This document shows, one piece after another, positions 52,131 to 64,000 of a stretch of 64,000 nt of DNA. Every line of letters begins with the position of its first letter. Within the stretch, counting starts at the first letter, position 1. Source of the stretch: Octopus vulgaris (Eukaryota); contig OX597836.1 of NCBI GenBank assembly GCA_951406725.2, positions 31,806,001 to 31,870,000 of the forward strand. Direction: 5' to 3'. The position numbers and the translations under genes were made by a program. The notes beneath the pieces were generated by a model, which worked only from the letters and a program-made list of their open reading frames with translations, ran no database searches and had not been told where the DNA came from.

Positions 52131-53066
52131 TGTTCATCATGTATGAATATATCTTGTACTGCATATAAATGCATTCTATTTGCATTTAAGTCGTATGTGA
52201 AATAATATATTTTGTTTAATATAACATTTCGATCGCTGGTTTATTAAAAACAAACAAAATATAAATTATTAAAATAATTGCAGACTTTGGTGTTTGAAGT
52301 TGTTTTTTCTTTTTAAAGGCATCATAAAAATGTTAGGCGATGTATTAGAAAAAAAAAATCATTAGAAAACTTGACTGAAGCTTCTATTAACTTATTTCTT
52401 TTCCACCAACATATATATATTTGTATATTTTAGTATTAGTACATAATATTAACACATAGAAACAGAGATTGGAAATGATGTTCTTTTTATTTCTGTTCAT
52501 TACATGGACTGTGATAACACAAACAGAGAAAGTTACTGTAAGTGAAGTAACTATTGGAAATACATATTAAAGAGATGGAGAGAAAGAGAAAGAAAGAAGG
52601 CATGTGATGGGTTTCTTTTAGTTTCATTCTACCAAATCACCTCTCGAGGCTTTGTCAGGCTTGGCTGATAGTAGAATATTCTTGCCCAAGCTACCATGCA
52701 GTAGGATTGGACTCAAAGCCATGTGTTTGAGAAGCAAACCTTTTACCTCACAGCTATGCCTATGCCTCACTATTTTTACTGCAGACAGAAAAAAGATATC
52801 AGCTGGATTCTAGAGTCAATTATTCTTACTTCATTAGCATCCATTTATCCTACTGTTAACCAGCACTGGGTTAACCCATCAAGCAAAATAAGCACGTGCT
52901 TGGGGTATCAAGGGATGGGGGTACCACAGAAATGAAAATGGTTTACAGCACAAAAGAAATCATTTTAAACTTGCTAAAATAATATTCGTAATGCCTTATC
53001 TCTACTAAGTATAGAAGCAGAAGTTTTATGTAAAATTAATTTTAATGATATTGAACAGATATCGTT

Positions 53067-53363
53067 AAAGCCTTGTGAGTGGATTTGGTAGACGGAAACT
53101 GAAAGAAGCCTGTCGTATATATGTATATATATATAGGTGTGCGTGTATGTTTGTGTGTCTGTTTGTCCCCCTAGCATTGCTTGACAACCGATGCTGGTGT
53201 GTTTATGTCCCCGTCACTTAGCGGTTCAGCAAAAGAGACTGATAGAATAAGTACTGGGCTTACAAAGAATAAGTCCCGGGGTCAAGTTGCTTGATTAAAG
53301 GCGGTGCTCCAGCATGGCCACAGTCAAATGACTGAAACAAGTAAAAGAGTAAAAGAGTAAAGA
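53067..53363 (+). mobile_element. 5'-truncated SINE family A
   Basis: Body and gtaaaagag tail. Confidence 0.85.
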
Positions 53364-53472
53364 GATAGCAGAATAGGTTGAGAAAATATAAGAAAGCAAA
53401 TTATTCTCTCTCCCTTTGATTTATAGTTGTTGCTTGGACGTAGCAGAGAACACTTAGCTATAAAGACCAGGT

Positions 53473-54021
53473 TGTAACCATTGTTCTGATTGGTTAGTTT
53501 TTAGAGTCAAATTGTCCCCTAAACAATTGCGTCTATTTACGCAGTCAACTAATCAGATATGCTAAAATGGATCACGTGTTCTCTTGATGGAAAAACTTTC
53601 ACCAGCTTCTGGGAGCCCACTATTCCCTATAAGAAGGACAATTTTCGACTGCTCTAGGCCTTTGGCACTCACCATTGACTACGCACTCATCTCGTCTCCA
53701 GCAATGATGTCCTGACACCAGCCAGTCTCTGCTTTCATCATCTCCACCAAACGCCTGTCTACATCATTGCTGTATGAAAACCACACAACCAGCACACCAA
53801 ACACCTGCATCTATACACCACCAGCGGTATGTCAGCTGTGTCTACGACATTGACAGTCCAGCCTAACTACGAACTCCTCACACGTCTTTGTAATAACCTG
53901 TTGTGTTATGTTAATTCCTGTATTGCAATCATTGTATTTTATAACAGAGAATAAATCATTGCTTACCAGTTCATTTCCATCTCACATTGTATTTATCCTC
54001 ATTAAACATCTTCGTTATACA
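53473..54021 (+). mobile_element. Possible solo LTR
   Basis: TGTAAC start, GTTATACA end, AATAAA near 53950, distinct composition; no clear TSD. Confidence 0.3.
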
Positions 54022-54086
54022 CCACTTGCTTGATGGGTATATTTGTTTACAACTATCATGTGATATCAAGACAAGGAGATAGAGAG

Positions 54087-54499
54087 AATACCAAACGAGT
54101 TCCCTATGGATACCGTATTTATTACAACAAGTGGCTTGTAAACGTATCTAACTCGCTTTCGCTCGTTAGATACGTTTACAAGCCACTCGTTGTAATAAAT
54201 ACGGTATCCATAGGGAACTCGTTTGGTATTTTATTTATTACACACGAATAAATGACCATATTTTATTAACCCAATAACTAAATTCTTCACGTTTAGTTGT
54301 AACTTATGAATGAAAAAAGTAATGCCGTCACTGTGACCTCGGGTCATCACCATGAATTGACCAATCAGAAGCAGCGCTGTCACCGTGACCTCGGGTCCTC
54401 ACCATGGATTGACCAATCAGAAGCAGTGCTCGCAGTATCTGACATATGTTAGATACCAAAAATATCTCAAAGTGTTCTCACTCACATGTGTGTAATAAA
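54087..54499. mobile_element. Palindromic non-autonomous element: 66-bp hairpin plus module with 52-bp tandem duplicate
   Basis: Arms 54087-54152 / 54165-54230 (1 mismatch, 12-nt loop); tttattacacac / gtgtgtaataaa inverted ends; duplicate 54327-54430 with CCAATCAG. Confidence 0.6.
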
Positions 54500-54632
54500 G
54501 TAACATATACACATACAGGGGAAAACATTTCTTCACATAAGAAAAGAAAAAAAAAACCTGGAAGTGGTTCTGTCCCTTTAAGGAGAAAGTTCATCCCCTT
54601 TCTCATTTCATTCTTTTATTCGTTTTATTATT

Positions 54633-54853
54633 TTTTACTTGTTTCAGTCATTTGACTGCGACCATGCTGGAGCACTGTCTTTAGTCGAGCAAATCGATCC
54701 CAGGACTTATTCTTTGTGAGCCTAGTACTTATTCTGTTGGTCCTTCTTGCTGAACCGCTAGGTGACAGGGATGTAAACACACCAGCATTGGTTGTCAAGC
54801 GATGTTGGGGGGACAAACACAGACACACAAACATATACACACACACACATACA

Positions 54854-54887
<34 letters not shown>

Positions 54888-55049
54888 GACGGGCTTCTTT
54901 CAGTTTCTGTCTACTAAATTCACTCACAAGGAGTTGGTCGGCCAGAGGCTATAGTAGAAGACTCTTGCCCAAGGTGCTACACAGTGGGACTGCACCCAGA
55001 ACCATGTGGTTGGTAAGCAAGTTACTTACCACACAGCCACTCCTGCACC
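54633..55049 (-). mobile_element. SINE family A, full length
   Basis: Matches other A copies. Confidence 0.88.
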
Positions 55050-55287
55050 TCATAATAATTACTCTCTCTCTCTCTTATTCCATAAGTGTGGTCCCAGGAA
55101 TTTTTCAAAGGGGGGCACAAGGTCAGAAGGGAATGTAATTCCAGGAGAAAAGGGCTTAATGACATTATTTAGAAGAGTGCCCTTTTTTTCTTTATGTGCT
55201 CCTCAGTCACCCTGCCCTCTGGGTCTGCCCCTGATAAGCAACTATAAACAACAGCAGTTCCAAGTCAAATAATCATGTGTGCATATA

Positions 55288-55505
55288 AAAGGGGGCGCTG
55301 AAAAGTTCCTAGCTTTAAGAGTCTTGTGAAAGGCCTGGCTGGAGGCCCTAGGTTCCAAGTTCTTTTACAGGGCTTAGAAAAACTGAAGGACCACAGCAAT
55401 AAGTGTGTGAATCTGAGAGGGGAATATGTTGAATAAAATCATAATTGACTGATCCACTTCTATTTTCATTTACCCAAAACCCAGGAACTTTTGAGCACCC
55501 CCTTG
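55288..55505 (+). mobile_element. mariner-derived MITE retaining the transposase C-terminus
   Basis: TIR aagggggcgctgaaaagttcct / aggaacttttgagcaccccctt; peptide QGLEKLKDHSNKCVNLRGEYVE* resembles the mariner C-terminal motif. Confidence 0.8.
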
Positions 55506-55851
55506 TCTGATGCATATACATGATGAACTTCTTTTAGCTAGCATCTACCATGGGTCAGCCTGGGGCTATAACAGAAAACTCCTGTCCAAGGTGTCACACA
55601 GTGGGATTGAACCCAGAACCCCATGTGGTTGGGAAGCAAGCTTCTTACAACACAGCCACATCTGTATCTATATACTGCAAGATAAATCCTAAACTTGAGC
55701 CATCCTTGTGTATGTAAACAAATTAAAATTAATACATAAGATAGATGTAAATGAATGACTGCCTTTGTTTATATAATTTCACTGTGGACAGAAAGAGAAG
55801 GGTCAGCTAGACTATAGCATTGCTAGACATTACAGTCTCATGAACAACTGT

Positions 55852-55854
<3 letters not shown>

Positions 55855-55927
<73 letters not shown>
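55855..55927. repeat. (GA)n microsatellite
   Basis: Direct reading. Confidence 0.95.
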
Positions 55928-55929
<2 letters not shown>

Positions 55930-56934
55930 TGGGCTTTCACAGTTTCTGTTTAACAAATGCCACTAGCAAAGTATTGATTAACATAAGGCTATGATACACA
56001 ATGTACCATGAAACCTAGAACCATGTGTTTGCAAAGCTAGCTTCTGAACCATTCAGATATACCTGGCTTGCATCCATTACTTTGAGAAGCCAAATAATAT
56101 TGTTCAATTACTCAAGAGGAATTCAATCTTGTTTACATAAAGAAATCAGAAAACGTTCTTTTAGTTTTCTGTATTCTTTTAACACACAAATGATTAAAAA
56201 AAAAAAAATAATAATTTTTCTGTGTATTTGGTTTCCCCTATTAATTCTCTTCTATTTCTATATATTTCTCGTAAAATGCTCGAGATGTATTTGTATCGAA
56301 ATACTAAAACAAACACCTATAAACTAATTGTTTTATCTCAAATTAAATAATTGTTTTAAAGCAGGGAAGGAAAAAGCTAGTTGGTTTTCATAACAAAATG
56401 AAAGCAAGAGACACAAGAATCATCCAACCTTCCAATCACAAAGACTAACATTGTTATTGTCTTTTTCAATTGTAATTAAAAGTATGAACTTAATTGAAAT
56501 TGAAGAAGAAATCAGCTTGCTTGCTTGGAGAACATAATTAAGTAGTTCTTGATGTATATGTTATGCTATTTGACGACATACATTCTCTCTTTTATCATTA
56601 TCTGACAGTAGACTGCGGCCATGCTGGAGCACTGCTATCAAGGGTTTTAGCTGATGATATCACTAATATATTCAGCTCAAATTGGTGCATATTCATCAAT
56701 ATTTTGCAAATAGCTAAAGGTGACAATCTAGAAGAATCGTTAGCATGTCAGACAGAATACTCAGTGGCATTTCTTCTGGTTTTGAATGTTATGAGTTCAA
56801 ATCCTGCCATGGTCAGTTTTGCCTTTCATCTCCTCAAGGTCAACTATTGTCCCCTTTCCACAAAATTTCTGGCCTTGAACCCTATGACAGACCAGCATTC
56901 TATCAAGGGGCATGTTGTAATCTCTGTCACATAC

Positions 56935-57185
56935 AGGGATGTGCATGGCTTAGTGGTTACGGTGTTGGACACACAATCATAAGATTGTGGTTTCGATTCC
57001 TGGACTGGGCGATGCATTGTGTTCTTGAGCAAAACACTTCATTTCACATTGCTCCAGTCCAATCAGCTGGCAAAAATGAGTCATCCTGCAAAGGACTGGC
57101 GCCCTATCCAGGTGGGAAATATATACACCATGAAACTGAGACACTGACCCTTATGAGTCAGTATGATTTGAGAAGGTAACTTTAC
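56935..57185 (+). mobile_element. SINE family D
   Basis: Matches 19945-20185. Confidence 0.75.
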
Positions 57186-58440
57186 CTTTGCCTGTTACTT
57201 ACACATCATGGAAACATGAGTGAAAATATATAGGAAATAAGGTTTGAAAATGCAGAGGTCTTTTAGAGATGTTTATTGACTTGACCAATTTTTTAAAAAA
57301 ATATTATCAAAATTAAAATATAAAGCTTTGTATAAGCTTTGTTGTGTTAAAAAATGGCTATAACAATTGCATTAAAATACAGTTATATAGTCTTTGATAA
57401 TGATAAGAAAATGTTAAAAATTAGAATCTTTGACAATAAGAAAATGTTAAGTGGAGCTTTTTGTTTAAACAGTTTACATGAAAGTATTCAAAAGAGGTAG
57501 TAAAATGAAGTTATAATTATTCTAAGTTCATAAAAAATCATGGTATGATAGAATTCACTTGCCTAAAATGCCGGTCATTGAGATTGAACTCAGAACCACA
57601 TGGCTGCCAATATCACAAGCTAGCTGTGAAAAATAACATTGTTTTTAGTCATGCTACTACTTTATTCTGAATATTATATGCTATCAGTTTGTTATCAACT
57701 GGGCCATAAACTATAGTAAATCAAATGCAAAAATATTGGAAAAATCCCGATCACACACATGCACACATATGCAGTTGCTCATAATGGGATATTGGTAGTT
57801 CTTTTTCTTTGAATAATTATTTTTTAAAACTGCTATCTTTATACAGAAATAAAAAAAACATTAATATTATTTCAAACACTGATATTGGACCAACTGTAAT
57901 AAATGCCATAAAAGAACATTAACAGAACTACACATTCTTTCAAATTGTGAACATGGAAACACACACACACACACACACACATTATATAACATTTCAATAG
58001 TAAAAAAGAAATAATATGACAGTATCATCTTTTACATTTAACCTATTCTCTTTATTTCAAATATCTGCAATAATATGATCAATTGTTGATTTGAGCAACT
58101 ACTATGTTGATGAGTTTTTGAAGAAATCCATCCACAGTGAATTGCGTTTCACTGTGCTTTTGATAAATTGACTGTTTTTGATAAATTGACACTAAATTGA
58201 CTGGTTTTGATAATTTGACTGCTTTTGATAAATTGACACTAAATTGACTGCTTTTGAGATTTGACCTTAGAGTGCATGATGATGATGATCATGATGATGA
58301 TGATGATCATGATACAATAAGTCAAATAAAATACTTGCTTTTAATGGTACCAATCCACCCGAGATCACCTCTGATTCTTTTATACAGAATCCTCTTATAT
58401 TATGGTTCATTTTAAATAAAAAATTGTTTTTGTAATAATC

Positions 58441-59058
58441 TTTTCTTTTCTAGGTGCAAGGCCTGAAATTTTTGGGGAGAGGAGCCAGTCAATTAAATAT
58501 ACCCCAGTACATAACTGGTACTTAATTTATCGACCCTGAAAGATTGAAAGGCAAAGTCAGCCTCGGCGGAATTTGAACTCAGAACATAAAGACAGACGAA
58601 ATACTGCTAAGCATTTCACCTGGCATGCTAATGCTTCTGCCAGCTCACCACCTTATTGTCTTTGTAATAATCTTTTCTATTCTAGGCACAAGGCCCGAAA
58701 TTTTTGGGGAGGGCCAGTCGATTAGATTGACCCCAATATACAACTGATACTTAATTTATCATCCCAAATAGGATGTAGCGCAAAGTGGAATTTGAACTCA
58801 GAACGTAAAGGCAGATGAAATACCTATTTCTTTACTACCCACAAGAGGCTAAATACAGAGAGGACAAACAAGGACAGACAAACAGATTAAGTCGATTATA
58901 TCGACCCCAGTGCTTAACTGGTACTTATTTAATTGACCCCGAAAGGATGAAAGGCAAAGTCGACCTTGGTGGAATTTGAACTCAGAACGTAACGGCAGAT
59001 GAAATACGGCTACACATTTTGCCCGGCATGCTAACGTTTCTGCCAGCTCACTGCCTTA
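58441..59058 (-). mobile_element. Stack of SINE B/B2 copies
   Basis: B2 58441-58655, composite B-B2 58672-59058, separated by repeated ttgt(c/t)tttgtaa(t/c)aat. Confidence 0.8.
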
Positions 59059-59192
59059 TTGTCTTTGTAACAATAATATAAGAAATGTTATGCTTCAAAC
59101 CCCATCTCAGTTAAGAGACGGTTTAGTCATTTTTACTCAATCTCATCAAATTTGATTATTTTCTAAATTAAGGGAAACCCATAGTAAAGTGT

Positions 59193-59440
59193 GTGGAGTC
59201 ACGTGGCTTAGTGGGTAGGGTGTCATCATCATGATCGTAAGATTGTGGTTTCAATACCTGGACTGGGCGACACGTTATGTTCTTGAGCAAAACACTTCAT
59301 TCCATGTTGCTGCAGTCCACTCAGCTGGCAGAAATGAGTAATGCTGCGATGGACTGGCATCCAGCTGGGGAACACATATGCCATTGAAACCGGGAAACTG
59401 GGCCCATGAGCCTGGCTAGGCTTTAAAAGGGCGCATTTAT
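59193..59440 (+). mobile_element. SINE family D with the tail of 112-418
   Basis: CORE-like body plus gagcctggctaggctt..aaagggcgcat tail. Confidence 0.75.
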
Positions 59441-60357
59441 TTTATTATTATAGTAAAGTGTATTTCAGCCGGAATATAGACACACAAGGGTTAAAATAGA
59501 ATTTGTAAGCCATTAGTAAAATATAATTTTATTTGTATTAAACCAAGAACAACATAAGTAACAAAATGGAAGAGATCTTGACAAAAATTAACCACAGGGA
59601 GGTGTTTGTTTGCTTCAAGGTTTTCTAGGTTTTTGATATCAGTGTTGCTTTCTTCAAGTAGCTTAATTTGAAGACTTGACAAGCGTTTCTACCACAACAA
59701 AAGAAATTTAAAGAATACTTGAGATAAGAAAACAAAAAACAAAACAAACCGAAAAAAGGTAAAATAATAAAAATAAATAAATAAAATGTATACAGAAATT
59801 CAGGACAACTGGGTCAAGCAAATGTCATCTCTCCTTAAACAATTAAGCAATTGTTTGATATTAAGGTCACTGGACAAATAGATAGAATATTATTATTGTC
59901 TTCAGGAATCTTGTTTCTCACTGAATCAATTGTGGTAGAATTTTAATAGAGTCATTGTGTGTGTGTGTGTGTGTGTGTGCCTGCATGCATGCGTTGGGTA
60001 TGTGTGCAGTTAATAAAAACAGCTAGTTTGCTTTTCTTTTCTGTTCATTTCTTGTGAATAAAACATAGCCTTCAAATGGTACAGAGTAAATATTGGTGAG
60101 ATAATTAAATTTCAAATTAACGTAAATTTCAAGTCATGTAAATTTACGCGTTTCACCCGGCAGATGTGGTTTCAGCCAGGTTGGTATCGAAATGGTTAAA
60201 TAGTTCCCTGGTAGAGAGTTAATGATTACCAAGAATGTTTTAAAAAAATTGTACATATATAAAAAAGAAAATAATTTCGGTTTTAAAAATTGAGTAACAA
60301 TGCTCAGGAAACATACTGAAAAACAATCATTAATCCATACAATAATTAAAAAAAATA

Positions 60358-60750
60358 TGGCTGTGTGGTAAGTAGCTTGCTTACCAACCACATGGTTCCA
60401 GGTTCAGTCCCACTGTGTGACACCTTGGGCTGGGCAAGTGTCTTCTATAGCCTCAGGCTGGCCAAAGCCTTGTGAGTGGGTTTGGCAGATGGAAACTGAA
60501 AGAAGCCCATCATATATATGTGTGTGCGTGTGTGTGTATATATATATGTCTGTTTGTCTTTGTCCCCCCCCGCCCCCAACATCACTTGACAACTGATGCT
60601 GGTGCATTTACATCCCCGTAACGTAGCGGTTCAGCATAAGAGACCAATAGAATAAGTACTAGGCTTACAAAATATAAGTCATGGGGTCGATTTACTTGAC
60701 TAAGAGCGGTGCTCCAGCATGGCCACAGGTAAATAACTAAAAGAAGTAAA
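60358..60750 (+). mobile_element. SINE family A
   Basis: Matches other A copies. Confidence 0.8.
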
Positions 60751-61371
60751 AAAAAAATCAATCCTAAAATGAAATAATTTTGAGTGATTTTTTTGTTCTT
60801 TGATAACTGAGAAAACTGTCTGAAAATTCTCTTCACAAGTTTCTGATCAAACTGCCTAATCTCACATATATCATTATCAGCCTATCTGTTGATTCAACTA
60901 TTACTATTCACACAACAATTCAGCCCATAACAGATTCCGTATCTGTTAAAGATAGCAGCCAAAAGTTCCTCAAATCATACCCTACCATCATAAAAAAGAC
61001 AGATTCTTTTTATTCTAGGCACAAGGCCCAAAATTTTGGTGGGGAGGGCTAGTCGATTGAATCGACCCCAGTATCTGACTGGTACTTAATTTATCGACCC
61101 TGAAAGGATGAAAGGCAAAGTCAACCTCGGCAGAATTCGAACTCAGAACGTAAAGACAGATGAAATACTGCTAAGCGTTTCACCCGGCAGATGTGGTTTC
61201 AGCCAGGTTGGTATCGAAATGGTTAAATAGTTCCCTGATAGAGAGTTAATGATTACCAAGAATGTTTTAAAAAAATTTGGCTGCTATTTTTAGCAGTCAA
61301 GTGACTCTAAAGAAATTTTATTATGAACTGATGTCCACTTCAACCTACACAACATTGATATTACTTCATCC

Positions 61372-61908
61372 TTAACTTTTTTGTTACCATATTTCTGTTG
61401 AGATGCTCTATTTCTTTCAATTAATTTTTAATATAACAAAGAATTTAGTAAAATAACTTGGTTATCATTCAGTTTGTGTTAGGGACAAATTGTGACTAAG
61501 GTTTGGTGGAAGATTTCAATTCAGAACTTTTGAAAACAAGACATTTGTACTACAGAGCCAGAAACGGTTTCAGACAAGTTGATATCCTTCTTCTTGAGCC
61601 ATGCCTAGCTCATAAGGGCCGGTTTTCTGGTTTCCATGGCATATAGGTTCCCCACATGGACGGGATGCCGGTCCGTCACAGGTGAGCTGCTAGATGCAGG
61701 AGGAAAGAGTGAGGAAAAGTTGTGGCAAAAGAGTCAGCAGAAGTTCACCATTACCTTCTGCCAGAGCTGCGTGGAGCTGTGTTTCGCTCATAAACACACA
61801 CATCGCCTGGTCTGAGATTCAAACCCGCGGTCCCTCAACCGCGAGTCTGCTGCTCAAATCACTAGGCCACGTGCCTCCACACAGACAGGTTGGTATCGAA
61901 AGGGTTAA
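61372..61908 (+). mobile_element. piggyBac-type MITE family 1 interrupted by a SINE C (61587-61881, minus)
   Basis: TSD cagacaagttgatatc / cagacaggttggtatc. Confidence 0.8.
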
Positions 61909-62639
61909 TCCTAGATTAGCTCAATTAGAAACAGAAACCCTAAATCAGAAATAGTGAGGAGCCAAAGAAATGGAGTCTCAACTATTACGCAGATAATAAG
62001 CTAATCTCTGTATTGGGTGTCTTTCTTAAATGTTATGACGGTCAGTTGTTAGATAAGATATAATGTGGTATTTGTCCTACTTCTCTGTGCTCTGAGTTTA
62101 AATTCCATCAAAGTCAATTTTGCCTTTCAGGGATGGCTGTGCAGTGCAGAAGCTTGTTTTGCAACCATGTGGTTTCGGGTTCAGTCCCACACCGCCGTAC
62201 TTTGGAATCTTAGAACCAAAAATTTAGAAGTGGGGTTTTGATTCAGCCTTTTGAGGTCAATAAAATAAGTATCAGTTGAGCACTAGGGGCAATGTAACTG
62301 ACTTACCCTCTCTCTCTCACAACTCCTAGCCTTGTGCCTCATAGAAGAGGCTTATAATTATCATTTCAAATCTTTTCCACAAGGGCATCTTGGGGGAGGT
62401 GGGGATGAGTCGATTACATCGACCCCAGTGTTCAACTGGTACTTATTTTATTGACCCTGAAAGGATGAAAGGCAAAGTTGACTTGGTGGAATTTGAACTC
62501 AGAACATAGCGATGGGTGAAATACCTATTTCTTTACTACCCACAAGGGGCTAAATACAGAAGGGACAAATGGATTAAATTGATTATATCAACCCCAGCGT
62601 GTAACTAGTTCTTATTTCCTTTTCTTTTGTGCAGGTACT

Positions 62640-63010
62640 CCTGAACAAATTCCAAAATGCTTCATCCTTTGTAGGCTCTCTTCCCTTTGTAAAGCATCTG
62701 TTAAGAGCCAAATTGTTGAGTGACTACAAGATAGACTGCCTTGGAAAGCAGTGTGCCACCTTTCTATGGCATTATTTGTTCACAGGAAATCCATCTGAAG
62801 TTTCCTAAAAACATTCCACAATGATATTGGAAATTTCAGTTTTCTTCTAGGGTTGTTTACCAATGAGTGGCCAATATAATTATCTTTGAAATATTTGAAA
62901 ATAATATCAAGATCTTCATCATAATTTTCCATCTCATGTATGGCTTGAAGCCCTGCTTTGACATCATCTGCTGGGAGAAATGCTGTGCAGGTCATCACAA
63001 TGCCACGTAA
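62640..63010 (-). pseudogene. Mutator-like (MULE) transposase remnant
   Basis: AFLPADDV...YFKDNYIG...RR...FPISLWNV, then frameshifted TNNAIERWH...HSTIW, typical of animal MULE transposase C-termini. Confidence 0.75.
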
Positions 63011-63140
63011 TTGAGGGTTTGCGTAGCGTTATCCTTTGTATAGATGAAACCATAATAGGGTATTTTGTTTTTGCCATGATTTGAAACAATAATATCAATG
63101 ATAAGTTAGATATGAATGCCTCTAATAACTTCGAATAACT

Positions 63141-63764
63141 GTTTACATTATTTACATAATTTACATTCGACGGATATTTGTCCTCATCTTGTTTGTAAAA
63201 GAAGCAGCACTTATGCTAGGACACAACAACCTCCTAAGCAGACTGAGTGCAGATATGAGCAGCATACGGGAACCGGTATTAAGGAAGGATAGGAAAATAT
63301 TAGATTTATAAGCCCTAAAATTCACTCCGTAATTGCCCATGGGCATATGGCATAGTGGTTAAGAGTGCGAGCTACTAACCCCAAGATTCTAAGTTCGATT
63401 CCAAGCAGTGAGTTGAATAATAATAACAACATTGAAAAATACCTTAGGATTGAGAACCCAGGTTTGAAGAAGGCTGGAGGGTATATCAGCTGCAATGTTG
63501 TAAATAATGTACATAATTCCTCATCTCTTAACCCTTTCGTTACTGTATTTATTTTGAGATGCTCTGTGTTTCTTTCAATTAATTTTAAATACAACAAAGA
63601 ATTTAATAAAAGGACTTAGTTATTAAGCTAGTGTTGGGAACATAAATTGTGACTAAGGTTTGGTGGAAGATTTTAATTCAAAACTTATGAAAACAAGACA
63701 TTTGTTCTATAGAGCCAGAGGAGGTTTTGGCCGGGTTGGTATCAAAAGGGTTAAATATAGAACT
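63141..63764 (+). mobile_element. Penelope-like 3' end: inverted tail, GIY-YIG C-terminal remnant, tRNA-like box, decayed HHR; MITE inserted in tail
   Basis: 63141-63197 inverted tail; 63198-63311 KEAALM...SADMSSIREPVL*; A/B boxes 63348-63402; matches 28150-28393. Confidence 0.6.
63528..63754 (+). mobile_element. piggyBac-type MITE family 1
   Basis: TTAA duplicated; uninterrupted host sequence visible at 28391-28427. Confidence 0.9.
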
Positions 63765-64000
63765 GTATTTTCGAATAACTGATTTGATAAACAAGGTCAT
63801 TTAAGTTAATGCCCATCACTTGCTGATGTCAATCACAATATATACAATGGTATATATTTTGCTTTAAGTTAACCTTTGCTGAAAGTACTGTTCGCTCATT
63901 GTGTTTCATTCAAAAATGATTTCACTAAAAAATAACTTTGTTCAGGATGAATGGCATCTTTTATTTGTTCTCCCATCATGTAAACCAGTCACGGGTAAAC

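Noticed and set aside
63341-63410. Functional tRNA gene (also all SINE heads)
   Set aside because: A/B boxes present but acceptor and anticodon stems do not pair; embedded in repeats

Overview
AT-rich, repeat-saturated animal DNA, probably intronic or intergenic. The SINE repertoire and microsatellite load suggest a coleoid cephalopod, probably Octopus (inferred from recalled repeat sequences, not searched). I found no host protein-coding gene; nearly all short ORFs are microsatellite or SINE translations. Recognisable content: several tRNA-headed SINE families in many copies, a 5'-truncated CR1-type LINE (30977-32002), RTE LINE fragments, a young 5'-truncated Penelope-like element with RT and GIY-YIG (35275-37306, minus), two other Penelope GIY-YIG remnants, a non-autonomous Helitron, piggyBac-, hAT-, mariner- and pogo-type MITEs, a MULE transposase remnant, and mini/microsatellites. 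The most striking hidden layer is a set of minimal type I hammerhead ribozyme (HHR) motifs read directly from the sequence. They include a 365-bp tandem/inverted retrozyme-like unit with a CCGAUGA core (6262-7090), an HHR placed downstream of a tRNA-like Pol III promoter that appears to be part of a Penelope 3' end (28150-28393, 63141-63764), and several core-variant or decayed HHRs clustered at (TA)n microsatellites in 4.2-8.6 kb. All alignments and folds were done by eye, so coordinates of degenerate copies are approximate.
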